A stretch of DNA of 64,000 nt from an uncultured Gammaproteobacteria bacterium (GTDB taxonomy: Bacteria; Pseudomonadota; Gammaproteobacteria; JASBUN01). A model generated the notes under the pieces. The model was not told the DNA's origin. It did no database searches and was given only the letters and a program-made list of their open reading frames with translations. This document shows positions 41,328-51,412 of this stretch, piece after piece (position 1 is the stretch's first letter; the number at the start of each line of letters is the position of its first letter). Location: positions 429,941 to 493,940 of the forward strand of contig CAVZBR010000004.1 of the NCBI GenBank assembly GCA_963773585.1. The letters run 5' to 3'. Position numbers and translations under genes: made by a program.

Positions 41328-42176
41328 ATGAGCAAGACCAATGTTATCGCCTGCATCGACGGCACCGAAGTCTCCACCGCCGTCAGCGACTACGCCGCGT
41401 GGACCAGCCTGCGCCTGGGAGCGCCGCTGATTCTGCTGCACATACTCGATAAGTCGGCCTACCCCGTAAAGAGCAACCTCAGCGGCAACATTGGCCTCGG
41501 GAGCCGCGAGGCCCTGCTGCAAGAGTTGGCGGAGCTTGATGAAAAGCGTGGCCGGGTTGCACTGGAGCAGGGACGTCTCATGCTCGAGGCGGCACGCCAG
41601 CGCGCTCTCGCCGACGGCGTCAACGATCCCATCGTGCACCAGCGTCACGGCGATCTGCTCGATTCGCTGCTCGCTATCGAAGAAGATACCCAGCTACTGG
41701 TGCTCGGCAAGCACGATGAGAACCTAGGCCCGCATGTAGGCAGCCGACTCGAAACCCTGGTCCGAAGTCTGCATCGGCCCATGCTGGTTTGCCCGCCGGT
41801 CTACAAGAAACCCGAGCGGGTCATGATCGCGTTCGACGGCAGCGACACGACCCGAAAGGCGGTGGATTTCGTTGCCGGCAGCCCGCTCTTCCGTGGGACG
41901 TCATGCCACGTGGTGTTGGTCGGTCACGATGACGACGCAAACCGCGGACCACTCCAATGGGCTAAACATACGCTGGCGTCGTCGAACCTGGAAGTGAACG
42001 CCGTCCTGCAACAAGGCGATGTCGAGGAAGCGCTTTGCGACTATCGGCGCGAACAGGACATTGACATCATGGTAATGGGCGCCTATGGCCACTCGGTGAT
42101 CCGCCGCTTCCTGGTCGGCAGCACCACCACCGCCGTGATTCGCAACGCGCAGATACCGGTGTTGTTGCTCCGTTGA
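41328..42176 (+). CDS. Tandem universal stress protein
   Basis: IACIDG, IAFDGS, MGAYGHS..FLVGSTT. Confidence 0.9.
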   Translation: MSKTNVIACIDGTEVSTAVSDYAAWTSLRLGAPLILLHILDKSAYPVKSNLSGNIGLGSREALLQELAELDEKRGRVALEQGRLMLEAARQRALADGVNDPIVHQRHGDLLDSLLAIEEDTQLLVLGKHDENLGPHVGSRLETLVRSLHRPMLVCPPVYKKPERVMIAFDGSDTTRKAVDFVAGSPLFRGTSCHVVLVGHDDDANRGPLQWAKHTLASSNLEVNAVLQQGDVEEALCDYRREQDIDIMVMGAYGHSVIRRFLVGSTTTAVIRNAQIPVLLLR

Positions 42177-42560
42177 TTCGCCAACAACTGCTCTCTCGCT
42201 TTTGCAATCCACGCGCCACATCGTTTCGAGAGGTAGCGGCAAGCTTCCACTGGAAAAACCAAAAAGGGGCCGGTGAACATGTGAATCGTTGGTGTTCCCA
42301 GGGGTCACCGAACCCCTTTCGCTGGTCAAAAACTTGGGGAGATTCACTCTGACCCGGTTTTCTCGAGTACGAGGGGCGAGATCACGACGGACTCGGCGGA
42401 AACCCTGCAGCGCCCAATGCGCCATTCGAGCCCTTCATCTCTTGTATTACGTTTTTCTTTTACTTCGTATACGCTTCGGATTGGCGGCGGCCAGCGCGGT
42501 TCCGGATTGAGATAGCGCCCGCCTCAGCCAGCCCGGAAAAACCCGACGAGAGGAGCAGGT

Positions 42561-43541
42561 ATGAAGATCTCATGTTACACGTTGTTTTTAGGCAGCTTGC
42601 TGGTCGCAGGCAATGCGCTCGCCGCGACCGTCCCTGGACCCGTAGTCGACGCGGACTGGTTGAAAGCACACGCCGACGAAGTCACCGTTCTGCAATTGTC
42701 GGCGTCGCAAAAGAATTTCGAGGCTGCGCCGAGCTACGCGACCGTCGATGGTAAGAAGAAGCTCACCGGCGTGGCGGGGCACGTACCGGGCGCGCACTAT
42801 GTGAATTTCGAAAAGATCCGAGTGACTCGCAAAGTGGACGGCAAAAACATTAAAGCGCTGATCCCCGAGAAGGCGGATTTCCAGAAGCTTGCGCGGTCGT
42901 GGGGCGTCGATCAAGGGGACACGATCGTGATCGTGCCTACGGGCAGCACGCCGCTCGATGTTGACGAGGCAACACGCCTGTACTGGCAATTCAAATACTT
43001 CGGCCAGACCGACATGGCGATTCTCGACGGCGGCATGCACGCCTGGATCGCGGCCGGCAACTCGGTGGCCACCAATGCCCCAAAGTCCACCACCGGCAAC
43101 TGGACGGCCACGGCCGGAGACAAGTCGCTGCTCGCCAGCCGCCAGGACGTGGAGAAGGCGCTTTCCGAAAAGAACGTCGAGATGGTCGACGCGCGACCCC
43201 AGAATCAGTACATGGGCGTGTTCACAAAGCCGCATGAAAAATCCGGCCACCTGCCGGGCGCCAAGGACTTTTCGCCAGACCTGCAGGTCACGGCAGGCGG
43301 CCCTGCCAAGTTCCTGTCTCCAGCGAGCTACTCAGCGATGATGAAGAGCAAGGGCATCAACCCGACGTCTCCTACGATCAGCTATTGCAATACTGGGCAC
43401 CTCGCTTCCGGGACTTGGTTTATCAGCCACGAAGTGTTGGGCAACCATGACTCCAAGCTGTATGACGGATCGATGGTCGAATACAGCGAGTTCCCTGGCG
43501 ACACGGACAACCCTGCCGGCAATCAATCGGACAAAAAATGA
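42561..43541 (+). CDS. Exported tandem rhodanese (sulfurtransferase)
   Basis: Signal peptide, GHVPGA and GHLPGA, active-site YCNTGHLAS, LYDGSMVEY. Confidence 0.9.
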   Translation: MKISCYTLFLGSLLVAGNALAATVPGPVVDADWLKAHADEVTVLQLSASQKNFEAAPSYATVDGKKKLTGVAGHVPGAHYVNFEKIRVTRKVDGKNIKALIPEKADFQKLARSWGVDQGDTIVIVPTGSTPLDVDEATRLYWQFKYFGQTDMAILDGGMHAWIAAGNSVATNAPKSTTGNWTATAGDKSLLASRQDVEKALSEKNVEMVDARPQNQYMGVFTKPHEKSGHLPGAKDFSPDLQVTAGGPAKFLSPASYSAMMKSKGINPTSPTISYCNTGHLASGTWFISHEVLGNHDSKLYDGSMVEYSEFPGDTDNPAGNQSDKK

Positions 43542-43545
43542 ATGA

Positions 43546-43600
43546 CCGGGCGGGGTCGATTGTTTGCTTCATTGGCAAGCAATCGTCTCCCCCGGATTTA
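43546..43600 (+). terminator. Long hairpin after the rhodanese gene
   Basis: CCGGGG..CGATTGTTTGC-loop-GCAAGCAATCG..CCCCGG followed by ATTTAT. Confidence 0.5.
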
Positions 43601-43649
43601 TCGCGTAAACAAGACAGAATTGATTTCCAATTGATTCGCGCTCGGTGGC

Positions 43650-43970
43650 CATCCGAAAAAATAGATCTGTCACTTCTCGTCGTGGCGCAAACGGAGCTTG
43701 CTCGCAGTAACTTCTATACCGAACCTTGTTCGGCGCCGTTGCGCCGGGTCATCAGCGAACAGATCGGCGCTCGAAAGGCTCGTTCATATTAGCGCCGACT
43801 CTGATCCGACCCAGGTCTTTGTCTTCTTGGCCGACTTCGCTCGGCACAATGTATCGGAGATCGCGGACCGGTTGCGCAGCCGCGGCATCCTGATCTAGCC
43901 GCTCAACCCGCCCGCACTGGACCGAGGATGCACGCGTAGCACCACTGCACTACCGGTAGACAACCACCGG
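43650..43970 (+). pseudogene. Collapsed class I/II aminotransferase (HisC-like) relic
   Basis: KIDLSL and ELARSNFYTEPCSAPLRRVISEQIG (N-terminal motifs) adjoin PTQVFVFLADF..IADRLRSRGILI-stop (C-terminal motifs). Confidence 0.55.
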
Positions 43971-44001
43971 TCAATCGACGCCCGTCGTGAGGTCCTGTCC
44001 C

Positions 44002-44637
44002 ATGCCTAGAATGGTCCCCTTCGAGGCCCACCATGAACGCTACGAAGCGTGGTTCGAAAAGCACGAGGCCGCTTATGTCTCGGAGCTGCTTGCCTTGCGT
44101 CCGTTCGTGCCATGGGAAGGACGGGGCATCGAAATCGGCGTGGGCAGCGGTCGCTTCGCCGCCCCGTTGGGCGTGCGTGTGGGCGTGGATCCTTCACACT
44201 CGATGCTTGCCCACGCGGCTGCCCGCGGCGTAGAAGGCGTGGAAGGCGCGGCGGAAAACCTGCCCTTCGCGGACGCCAGTTTCGACCATGCGTTGGTGGT
44301 GACCACGATCTGCTTTGTCGATTCACCTGCGGAGATGCTTGCCGAGGCGCGGAGAGTGCTCAAACCGGGTGGACGCCTGGTCATCGGCTTCATCGACCGC
44401 GAGAGCGCTTTGGGACAAGACTATCTTGTGCATCAGGCGGAGAGTGTGTTCTACCGCGAGGCCACCTTCTATTCCGCTGACGAGGTGGCGCAGCTTCTAT
44501 CGGAAACCCGCTTTGCGATTCGCGCATGGGCCCAGACGCTCCCGCACCTTTTGGCACAAACCCGCGACATTGAACCCCTACGTCCAGGACACGGCCAATG
44601 TGCATTTGTGATTGTCGCGGCAACGAGGATGACTTGA
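44002..44637 (+). CDS. Class I SAM-dependent methyltransferase
   Basis: YEAWF, IEIGVGSGRF, AENLPF, TTICFVD, RVLKPGG. Confidence 0.88.
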   Translation: MPRMVPFEAHHERYEAWFEKHEAAYVSELLALRPFVPWEGRGIEIGVGSGRFAAPLGVRVGVDPSHSMLAHAAARGVEGVEGAAENLPFADASFDHALVVTTICFVDSPAEMLAEARRVLKPGGRLVIGFIDRESALGQDYLVHQAESVFYREATFYSADEVAQLLSETRFAIRAWAQTLPHLLAQTRDIEPLRPGHGQCAFVIVAATRMT

Positions 44638-44649
44638 CCCGCTTTCAGT

Positions 44650-44866
44650 ATCGAAGCGCCTTTTGTGCTTGAGTGAATCCATCCGTTGGAATGACGCTAC
44701 CGCTTTTTTCCTTAGCGCCTCGCGCAGGATCTCGGCATCCGTCGGACTCGGTCTCTTTCAGGATCGCCAGGAGCTGGCTGTCTGTGACTCGCGGTTTCTT
44801 CACCGTAGAATCTCCCTTCGGGAAAAACTTCTACTGCTAATCGCGGCCATTTTGCCGGTGGTTGCC
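44650..44866 (-). mobile_element. IS3-family (IS407-like) relic
   Basis: GTG-KKPRVTDSQLLAILKE joined to AEILREALRKK with the GGAAAAAAG frameshift window; IRL-like end near 44866. Confidence 0.7.
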
Positions 44867-45034
44867 CATAGTCGCCGAATTTAGCCCATTAGCCTTTCGT
44901 CGCAAACGAAAAAGTAGGCGGAGGGATGAACGAATGAGCAGCACAATAGTGAATCTCTCTGTCTCTTCCTCCTTTCTCTTTGAACCAGGCCATCTCTGTG
45001 ACGGTCATGTGTTCATTCAACCAGGAGGGATTCG

Positions 45035-45886
45035 TTGCCACTGCCGCCTCTAGTACTGGTCCTGGTGCTAAGTTCTGCGGCAATGCACGCTGCCTGGAAC
45101 GCGCTGGTGAAAGCGGGCGGGGACCGTCTCGTGCTGACCACACTGGTGATGATGGGGCCGGTTCCCGTCTGTATCGTGGCTCTTTTCTTCCTGCCCGATC
45201 TCCCGTCGGCGGCATGGCCGTTTCTGTTGGCATCGACGGTCATTCACTACGCCTATTACGTACTGCTGATCGCGGCGTACGGTCATGGGGACCTGAGTCA
45301 GGTTTATCCGATTTCACGAGGTGCCGCGCCGGCGCTAGTGGCGTTAGCGGCGTGGATATACGCGCGCGAAAACCTGAGCGCGGTGGAAACCGCAGGCGTG
45401 CTGATCGTTTCCCTAGGAGTCATGAGCCTCGCATGGCGCCGCGGCGTACGCCCGCGCGCAGAATCCACAGCGCTGGCGCTCGCCCTGCTCAACGCGATAG
45501 TGATCGCCAGTTACCTAGTTGTTGATGGTACAGGCGTGCGGCGCGCTGCGGATCCGCTGACTTATATTGCTTGGCTATTCGTACTGGAAGGAGTGCCGTT
45601 GCTTGGTTTTACGCTTTGGCGCCGGCGACACTGCATTTCCGCCGCTTTCTCCCCTTATTTAGCGCAGGGTACGATCGGCGGCGTCATTGCCGGAATTTCT
45701 TATGCCATTGCCGTTTGGGCGATGAGCCTTGGGCCGATGGCGCACGTTGTCGCGCTGCGCGAGACAAGCGTGCTGATGGGCGCTGCGATAGGCGTCGTGA
45801 TGCTCAAGGAATCCTTCGGATTGCATCGAATCGTATCCGCCGCCGTGGTTGCGGTGGGCGCCGTATTGCTGAACTCCGGGTTGTAG
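45035..45886 (+). CDS. EamA/DMT-family transporter
   Basis: HAAWNALVK, GDLSQVYPISRG, ALRETSV; about 10 TM helices. Confidence 0.9.
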   Translation: MPLPPLVLVLVLSSAAMHAAWNALVKAGGDRLVLTTLVMMGPVPVCIVALFFLPDLPSAAWPFLLASTVIHYAYYVLLIAAYGHGDLSQVYPISRGAAPALVALAAWIYARENLSAVETAGVLIVSLGVMSLAWRRGVRPRAESTALALALLNAIVIASYLVVDGTGVRRAADPLTYIAWLFVLEGVPLLGFTLWRRRHCISAAFSPYLAQGTIGGVIAGISYAIAVWAMSLGPMAHVVALRETSVLMGAAIGVVMLKESFGLHRIVSAAVVAVGAVLLNSGL

Positions 45887-45994
45887 AGGCCGTCGCCGCG
45901 AACCGGGCATGACGCTGAACCCACAGCGGCCTGCATCCGCAGCCGGCACCTGGTTGGCAAATGCAACGGAGTACAAGTTACCGCGCCCGAACTT

Positions 45995-46165
45995 CGAGCG
46001 TGCGGCATACTCAGTTCGTGCCCGTCGGGATCGGTAATGTGAAATTAGCGTTCGCCTCCGTCGGAATTCCGCAGCCGAGTGCTGGGTTACTGTTGGGAAG
46101 TGCGGATGGGCGCTCGTGAAATTGCGGGGAACCGCAGAGAGAATAACAAATGAACTGCACAATAT
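45995..46165 (-). pseudogene. VOC/glyoxalase relic
   Basis: GER-stop-FHITDPDGHELS C-terminal motif near 46010-46056. Confidence 0.55.
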
Positions 46166-46504
46166 TTAATCCCTCCGTCCCCTTTTGACGCCTAAAGCGC
46201 CGCGCCCGCCTGGCGATGGCCCCGTTGATTTGGCGCAGCCGCGCCACCGGCTTAGCAGGACTCGTCTGCGGCGCGCAGCGCCAGCCAGGATGATCCCAGG
46301 CACCCTGGACGTTTTATCTTCGCTGGCATATGCTGATCTCGAACCGCGCCCGGGCGCGATTTCAACGTGAATTCTAGGGCCGACGCCGACAATTCGGTGT
46401 CCGCGCCCTTCTAGCCGCAAGGCCGGAACCATACTGAAATCACACCGCACGTACAGGTCGCGGTCTGGCAACCCCGGGTAGAGCGACGACAGGCAGCCTC
46501 GATC

Positions 46505-48229
46505 ATGTACCAACGCGAACCAGCGGCGGCGGACACCGCCCACACCCTTCCCATCCTGGAGAAGGCGCATTCCGGGATTCCCGGCTTTGACGAAATCACC
46601 GAGGGCGGGCTGCCCCGGGGACGGACCAGCCTCGTGTGCGGCGGCGCAGGTGCGGGCAAGACGCTGTTCGGCATGCAATTCCTCGTCCGCGGAATCCTGG
46701 AGCACGACGAACCCGGCGTATTCATCGCCTTCGAGGAGACCGAGGAGGATCTGGCCGAGAACGTGGCGTCCCTGGGTTTCGATCTCGGGGACCTGGTGGA
46801 CACGGGCAAGCTGGCCATGGACCACATCCGCGTGGAGCGCAGCGAGATCGAAGAGAACGGCGAGTACAACCTCGACGGGCTGTTCATCCGCTTGAACCTC
46901 GCGATCCAATCGGTGGGCGCGAAGCGGGTGGTGATCGATACCCTCGAGACCCTGTTCGGCGGTCTCCAGAATTACACCGTCCTGCGTTCCGAGTTGCGGC
47001 GCCTGTTCCGTTGGCTCAAGGACCAGGACGTGAGCGCCATCATCACCGCGGAACGGGGCGAGGGTGCGCTCACCCGCCATGGGCTCGAGGAATACGTATC
47101 GGATTGCGTCATCCTTCTCGACCACCGTGTCAGCGACCAAGTCTCCACCCGCCGGTTGCGGGTGGTGAAGTATCGCGGCACGACCCACGGCACCAACGAG
47201 TATCCATTCCTCATCGACGCGGACGGGATCACCGTGATGCCGATCACCTCCGCCGGTCTGCACCACGCGGTCAGCGACGAACGGGTCAGCAGCGGCATCG
47301 CTGCCCTCGATGCCATGCTGGGTGGGCCCGGATATTTCCGCGGCAGCACAGTGCTCGTCTCCGGCACCGCCGGCGCGGGCAAGAGCAGCCTGTCGGCACA
47401 TTTCGCCGATGCAGCCTGCCGCCGGGGGGAGCGCTGCGTCTATTTCTCGTTCGAGGAATCCCCGGAGCAGATCATCCGCAACATGCGCTCCATCGGCATT
47501 GACCTCGCTCGACATCGCGACGCAGGGCTGTTGAAGTTCGTGGCGGCGCGGCCGACCACGCATGGCCTGGAGACTCATCTGGCGCTGATGCACAAGTGTG
47601 TGCGGGATTTCGAGCCGCAGGCCGTGGTGGTCGACCCCATCGGCAATCTCATCGCGTCCGGAAACCGGCAGGAAGCACACCTGATGGTGGTGCGCCTGAT
47701 CGATTTCCTGAAGATGCACAATATCACGGTCGTCGTCTCCAGCCTGACCGGCGGCGGACAGGCCCAGGAAGAGACCGACATTGCGATATCCTCGATTGTC
47801 GACACGTGGCTTCTGGTACGCAGCGTCGAGAACAATGGCGAGCGCACTCGTGGCCTCTACGTGCTCAAGTCCCGCGGCATGAATCATTCAAACCAGGTGC
47901 GAGAATTCATCATCACCCCAAGCGGCATCGACCTGGTGGAGGTATACATCGGCCCCGAGGGCGTGCTCACCGGTTCGGCGCGCGCGCAGCAGGAGAGTAG
48001 AGAGCGCGCCGCGCGCCTCGCCCGCGAACAGACGATCGAGCGACAGAAGCTCGAACTCACGCGCAAACGTGCCGCCATGGAGCTACAGATCCAGGCCCTG
48101 CGCGACGAGTTCGAGGCCGAGGCGGCGGAACTCGACCGTAGCATCGCTCAGGAGAACGCCACCGAGGAGCAGATGCATCACGAACGTAGCGCCATGGCCA
48201 GGAGCCGGAGTGCGACAAAACCCGAATGA
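46505..48229 (+). CDS. kaiC: Circadian clock protein KaiC homolog (two ATPase domains)
   Basis: GGAGAGKT and GTAGAGKS Walker A motifs, FEE in both domains, KYRG and KSRG, phosphosite region ISSIVDT, C-terminal coiled coil. Confidence 0.93.
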   Translation: MYQREPAAADTAHTLPILEKAHSGIPGFDEITEGGLPRGRTSLVCGGAGAGKTLFGMQFLVRGILEHDEPGVFIAFEETEEDLAENVASLGFDLGDLVDTGKLAMDHIRVERSEIEENGEYNLDGLFIRLNLAIQSVGAKRVVIDTLETLFGGLQNYTVLRSELRRLFRWLKDQDVSAIITAERGEGALTRHGLEEYVSDCVILLDHRVSDQVSTRRLRVVKYRGTTHGTNEYPFLIDADGITVMPITSAGLHHAVSDERVSSGIAALDAMLGGPGYFRGSTVLVSGTAGAGKSSLSAHFADAACRRGERCVYFSFEESPEQIIRNMRSIGIDLARHRDAGLLKFVAARPTTHGLETHLALMHKCVRDFEPQAVVVDPIGNLIASGNRQEAHLMVVRLIDFLKMHNITVVVSSLTGGGQAQEETDIAISSIVDTWLLVRSVENNGERTRGLYVLKSRGMNHSNQVREFIITPSGIDLVEVYIGPEGVLTGSARAQQESRERAARLAREQTIERQKLELTRKRAAMELQIQALRDEFEAEAAELDRSIAQENATEEQMHHERSAMARSRSATKPE

Positions 48230-48576
48230 AACAATTGGCGGGGTCTCCCGGACCCGGAGTTGATGAAATGAATGTGGAGCGAGCGGATACAGATGAAGTG
48301 TGGACCATGCGCCTGTATGTTGCGGGCGAAAACCGAAAGTCGCGCGAAGCACTGAGCAACCTGGAGCGACTCTGCGACGCGCACATTGGCGCCGGGCGCT
48401 ACGAGATCGAAGTGATTGACCTGATGCGCCACCCCCACTTGGCCAAGGCCGACCAGATCCTCGCCATCCCTACGCTGGTGCGCCGGGTCCCGGAGCCGGT
48501 GAAGCGCGTCATCGGTGACCTGTCCAACGCGGATCGGGCGATGGTCGCGCTGGACCTGAAGGAATTCGGGGACTGA
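48226..48576 (+). CDS. kaiB: KaiB homolog
   Basis: MRLYVAG, EVIDL..P.LAKADQILAIPTLVR..PEP...IGDLS. Confidence 0.9.
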   Translation: MKQLAGSPGPGVDEMNVERADTDEVWTMRLYVAGENRKSREALSNLERLCDAHIGAGRYEIEVIDLMRHPHLAKADQILAIPTLVRRVPEPVKRVIGDLSNADRAMVALDLKEFGD

Positions 48577-48581
48577 GTCAG

Positions 48582-48863
48582 ATGGAGACCGATGGAACGG
48601 TCGTGCTGGAGCTGTTCGTGCAGGGGCAATCCGCCCGCTCCAGCGCTGCCCTGGATGTCGTGCGCAAGGTCTGCGATGCGCACCTCGCCTCCCGCTACCG
48701 CCTCGAAGTCATCGACGTCCAGCAGCAGCCGGAGCGCACCCGCGGAGCGTCCATCGTGGCCGCGCCTGCGCTGATCCGCCGGTCGCCGGAGCCCGTCCTA
48801 CGCATCACTGGCCTGCTCACGGAGGAACGCATCCTCACCACCCTCGGACTTGGCCGTGTCTGA
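48582..48863 (+). CDS. kaiB: Second, divergent KaiB-like protein
   Basis: LELFVQG, LEVIDVQQQPE, IVAAPALIRRSPEP. Confidence 0.8.
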   Translation: METDGTVVLELFVQGQSARSSAALDVVRKVCDAHLASRYRLEVIDVQQQPERTRGASIVAAPALIRRSPEPVLRITGLLTEERILTTLGLGRV

Positions 48864-50520
48864 GCCGGACGCCGGATTCAGTCCCGCGCTGCAGCGCCGC
48901 CTCCAGGATGCGGAGGAAACCCTGGAGGCGATCCGCGCCGGGGAAGTGGACGCGGTGGTCGTCGACGGCCGCAATGGCCAGCAGGTCTACACGCTCGAGA
49001 GTCCCGACGAGCCCTTTCGGCTGTTCGTCGAGCAGATGCAGGAGGGGGCCCTCACCGTCAGCGCAGACGGGATCATCGTTTACTGCAACCCCTTCTTCGC
49101 AGATCTCGTAGGACGGCCCCTGGAACAGGTGCGCGGTCGCTCGATTTACCCATTGCTCGATCAGGAGTGCCAGGACCGCTTTCGAGCCCTGTTGCACCAG
49201 TCCGCTGCGGGCGTCGCGCACAGCGAGTGCAGTCTGCTTAGCGCCAATGGCGAAACGATACCCGCGCAGCTTGCACTCAACCGGCTTCCCGATGAGGCCA
49301 CCCGGATGTTCGGCATCGTCGTCACCGACCTCGCCGCCCGCGAGCGCGCACAGCAGCTGGATGCCAAACGGCGGACCGCCGAGCAGGCCAACGCCGCCCG
49401 GGACCAATTCCTGGCGGCCGTCAGCCATGAATTGCGCACGCCGCTGAACGCGATCCTGGGTTGGGCCCAGGTGCTGCGTCGGCGCAACGACATTCCCGAG
49501 TCCTTCCAGACCGCGCTGGAGGTGATCGAGCGCAACGCATGGTCACAGGCTCAGCTGATCGACGACCTCCTGGACGTCTCCCGTGTACTTGCCGGGAAGC
49601 TTCGTCTCGAGTTGAAGCGGCTCGAACTGCACGACGTGATCAACGCTGCCGTGGCCACGGTCCAACCGTCGGCGGATGCCAAAGGTGTAGAAATCAGGGC
49701 CGAGATCGGCCCCGGCGATATCCAGGTGCAGGGCGATGCCGACCGACTCCAGCAGGTGGTCTGGAATCTGATTTCCAACGCGGTGAAGTTCACGCCCGAG
49801 GGTGGCGAGGTGTGTGTGCGGCTGTCGCGGCAGGAAGCCTTCGCGCAGGTCGAGGTATGCGACACCGGCATCGGCATCCCTCCAGAATTCGTGCCGCACC
49901 TGTTCGAGCTCTATCACCAGATCGAGGGCGCCACCACCCGCCGCTCCGGCGGCCTCGGACTCGGACTCGCCATCGTCAAGCAGCTCACCGAACTGCATGG
50001 GGGCGAAGTGTGGGCCGAAAGCGGAGGCGAGGGTCGCGGTGCCACGTTTCTGCTCCGGTTGCCCGGAGCCCCTCCTGCCGGCGCAACGGGCCCCGGCAGG
50101 GAGTCGCTCGGTCGCGGCCTCGTCCCGGAACTCGATGGTGTCCGCGTCTTGCTGGTCGAAGACGAGGACGATGCCCGGGAAGTGCTCGGGCAGCTGCTGA
50201 AGAACGCGGGGGCGGAGATCGTCGCAGCCGTGGCCAGCGCGGCTGAAGCGTTGGCCGCCCTCGAGCAAAGCTCGGTCGATCTCCTGGTCAGCGATATAGG
50301 CCTTCCCGGCGTCGACGGCTACGAACTCATCCGTCGGGTGCGGGCCACCGGTCGATCCGAGAAGGATCTTCCGGCCATGGCGGTCTCGGCATTTGCCGCC
50401 GAAGGGGATCGCCGCGAGGCCATGCGCGCCGGCTATCAGGCCCATGTATCCAAGCCCGTGAATCAGGACGAGTTGTACGCGGTCGCCGCGCGCCTGACGG
50501 GTCAGGCAATGAGACGGTAA
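48850..50520 (+). CDS. PAS hybrid histidine kinase with receiver domain
   Basis: EETLEAIRAGEVDAVVV, SHELRTPL, NLISNAVKFT, GLGLGL, VEDE, SDIGLP, KP. Confidence 0.92.
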   Translation: MAVSEPDAGFSPALQRRLQDAEETLEAIRAGEVDAVVVDGRNGQQVYTLESPDEPFRLFVEQMQEGALTVSADGIIVYCNPFFADLVGRPLEQVRGRSIYPLLDQECQDRFRALLHQSAAGVAHSECSLLSANGETIPAQLALNRLPDEATRMFGIVVTDLAARERAQQLDAKRRTAEQANAARDQFLAAVSHELRTPLNAILGWAQVLRRRNDIPESFQTALEVIERNAWSQAQLIDDLLDVSRVLAGKLRLELKRLELHDVINAAVATVQPSADAKGVEIRAEIGPGDIQVQGDADRLQQVVWNLISNAVKFTPEGGEVCVRLSRQEAFAQVEVCDTGIGIPPEFVPHLFELYHQIEGATTRRSGGLGLGLAIVKQLTELHGGEVWAESGGEGRGATFLLRLPGAPPAGATGPGRESLGRGLVPELDGVRVLLVEDEDDAREVLGQLLKNAGAEIVAAVASAAEALAALEQSSVDLLVSDIGLPGVDGYELIRRVRATGRSEKDLPAMAVSAFAAEGDRREAMRAGYQAHVSKPVNQDELYAVAARLTGQAMRR

Positions 50521-50630
50521 TTTCCCCGGGAACTGGTCGCGGTGAGAAGTAGAATTTCCTACCAAAAGGAGATTTTGCGGTCAAGAAATCGCGATTCACA
50601 GACAACCAGATCCTGACGATCCTGAAAGAC
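50518..50630 (+). mobile_element. IS3-family (IS407-like) left-end relic
   Basis: IRL-like TAATTTCCCCGG, AAGGAG RBS, KKSRFTDNQILTILK; visibly homologous to 44750-44866. Confidence 0.7.
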
Positions 50631-50749
50631 GTAGTCGCGAGACGTTTCCGTCGGGAAATTCGTATCCAGCCTGGAAAACAGTTGGAGGATCGCGGAGATA
50701 TGCTGCTAGCGTTATCGCGCTCGTTGTAGCGGTCAGTATCACAAGCTCT

Positions 50750-50809
50750 ACGGAACGCCGAAGGCACACGCCGCGCAATGTTCGCGTCGGCTTTACGAGC
50801 TGGTTAGAA
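50750..50809 (-). repeat. Degenerate attC-like site after higA
   Basis: Minus strand TTCTAAC-CAGCT-CGTAAAGCCGACGCG..CGCGGCG..GGC-GTTCCGT, 8 nt past the higA stop. Confidence 0.4.
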
Positions 50810-50817
50810 CTCGCGCT

Positions 50818-51117
50818 CTATGCGGCATGGGGTGTGACTTCTTTTTCCAACCGGTGATCGAGCTCCGCCTCCGCACGCAAGAGATCGTAACGAAACTGAA
50901 GATTGAGCCAAAATTGCGCCTCCATACCGAAGTACCGGCCGAGGCGCAGTGCCGTGTCGGCGGAAATAGAACACTTGCCTTGGGTAATCTCACTGATACG
51001 GCGCTGCGGCACGCTGATGTCCTTCGCCAGACGGTATTGTGATACGCCCAGAGGACGCAAAAATTCCTCCAGCAGAATCTCGCCAGGACGAATCGGATCG
51101 AAATGTCGCTTAGCCAT
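50818..51117 (-). CDS. higA: HigA-family antitoxin
   Basis: PGEILLEEFL, ISADTALRLGRYFG..AQFWLNLQ. Confidence 0.9.
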   Translation of the reverse strand: MAKRHFDPIRPGEILLEEFLRPLGVSQYRLAKDISVPQRRISEITQGKCSISADTALRLGRYFGMEAQFWLNLQFRYDLLRAEAELDHRLEKEVTPHAA

Positions 51118-51128
51118 GACTCACACCT

Positions 51129-51251
51129 CTAGTGATAATCAACAATCTCCACGTCATGGGCGTCACCAGCTTTCCAAACAAAACAGATACACCACTGATC
51201 GTTGATACGTACACTGTGCTGCCCCGCCCTGTCACCCTTGAGTTTCTCCAC
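51129..51251 (-). pseudogene. higB: HigB toxin, C-terminal half only
   Basis: EKLKGDRAGQHSVRINDQWCICFVW...VEIVDYH-stop; N-terminal half absent. Confidence 0.85.
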
Positions 51252-51278
51252 CGCTTCCTAATTCATTCAACTTTCTGC

Positions 51279-51412
51279 GTATAACGTTGTCCATGAGGGA
51301 ATGAGACGGGCGCGACGCGTCGCAGCGGCAATGGCATATCAGCGATATCTTTTTAGCAGAAATATAAAGGCATGAGTGTCCGAGCCTAGCGGTCCGAAAC
51401 CGGTGGTTAGGC
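51279..51412 (-). repeat. attC-like site (possibly chimeric)
   Basis: GCCTAAC overlapping the DUF1272 stop at one end and CCCTCATGGACAAC-GTTATAC at the other; interior pairs poorly. Confidence 0.45.

Noticed and set aside
42290-42365. GGGGTCA...CTCTGACCC short inverted words, REP-like
   Set aside because: Single, poorly paired copy with no associated transposase in the window.
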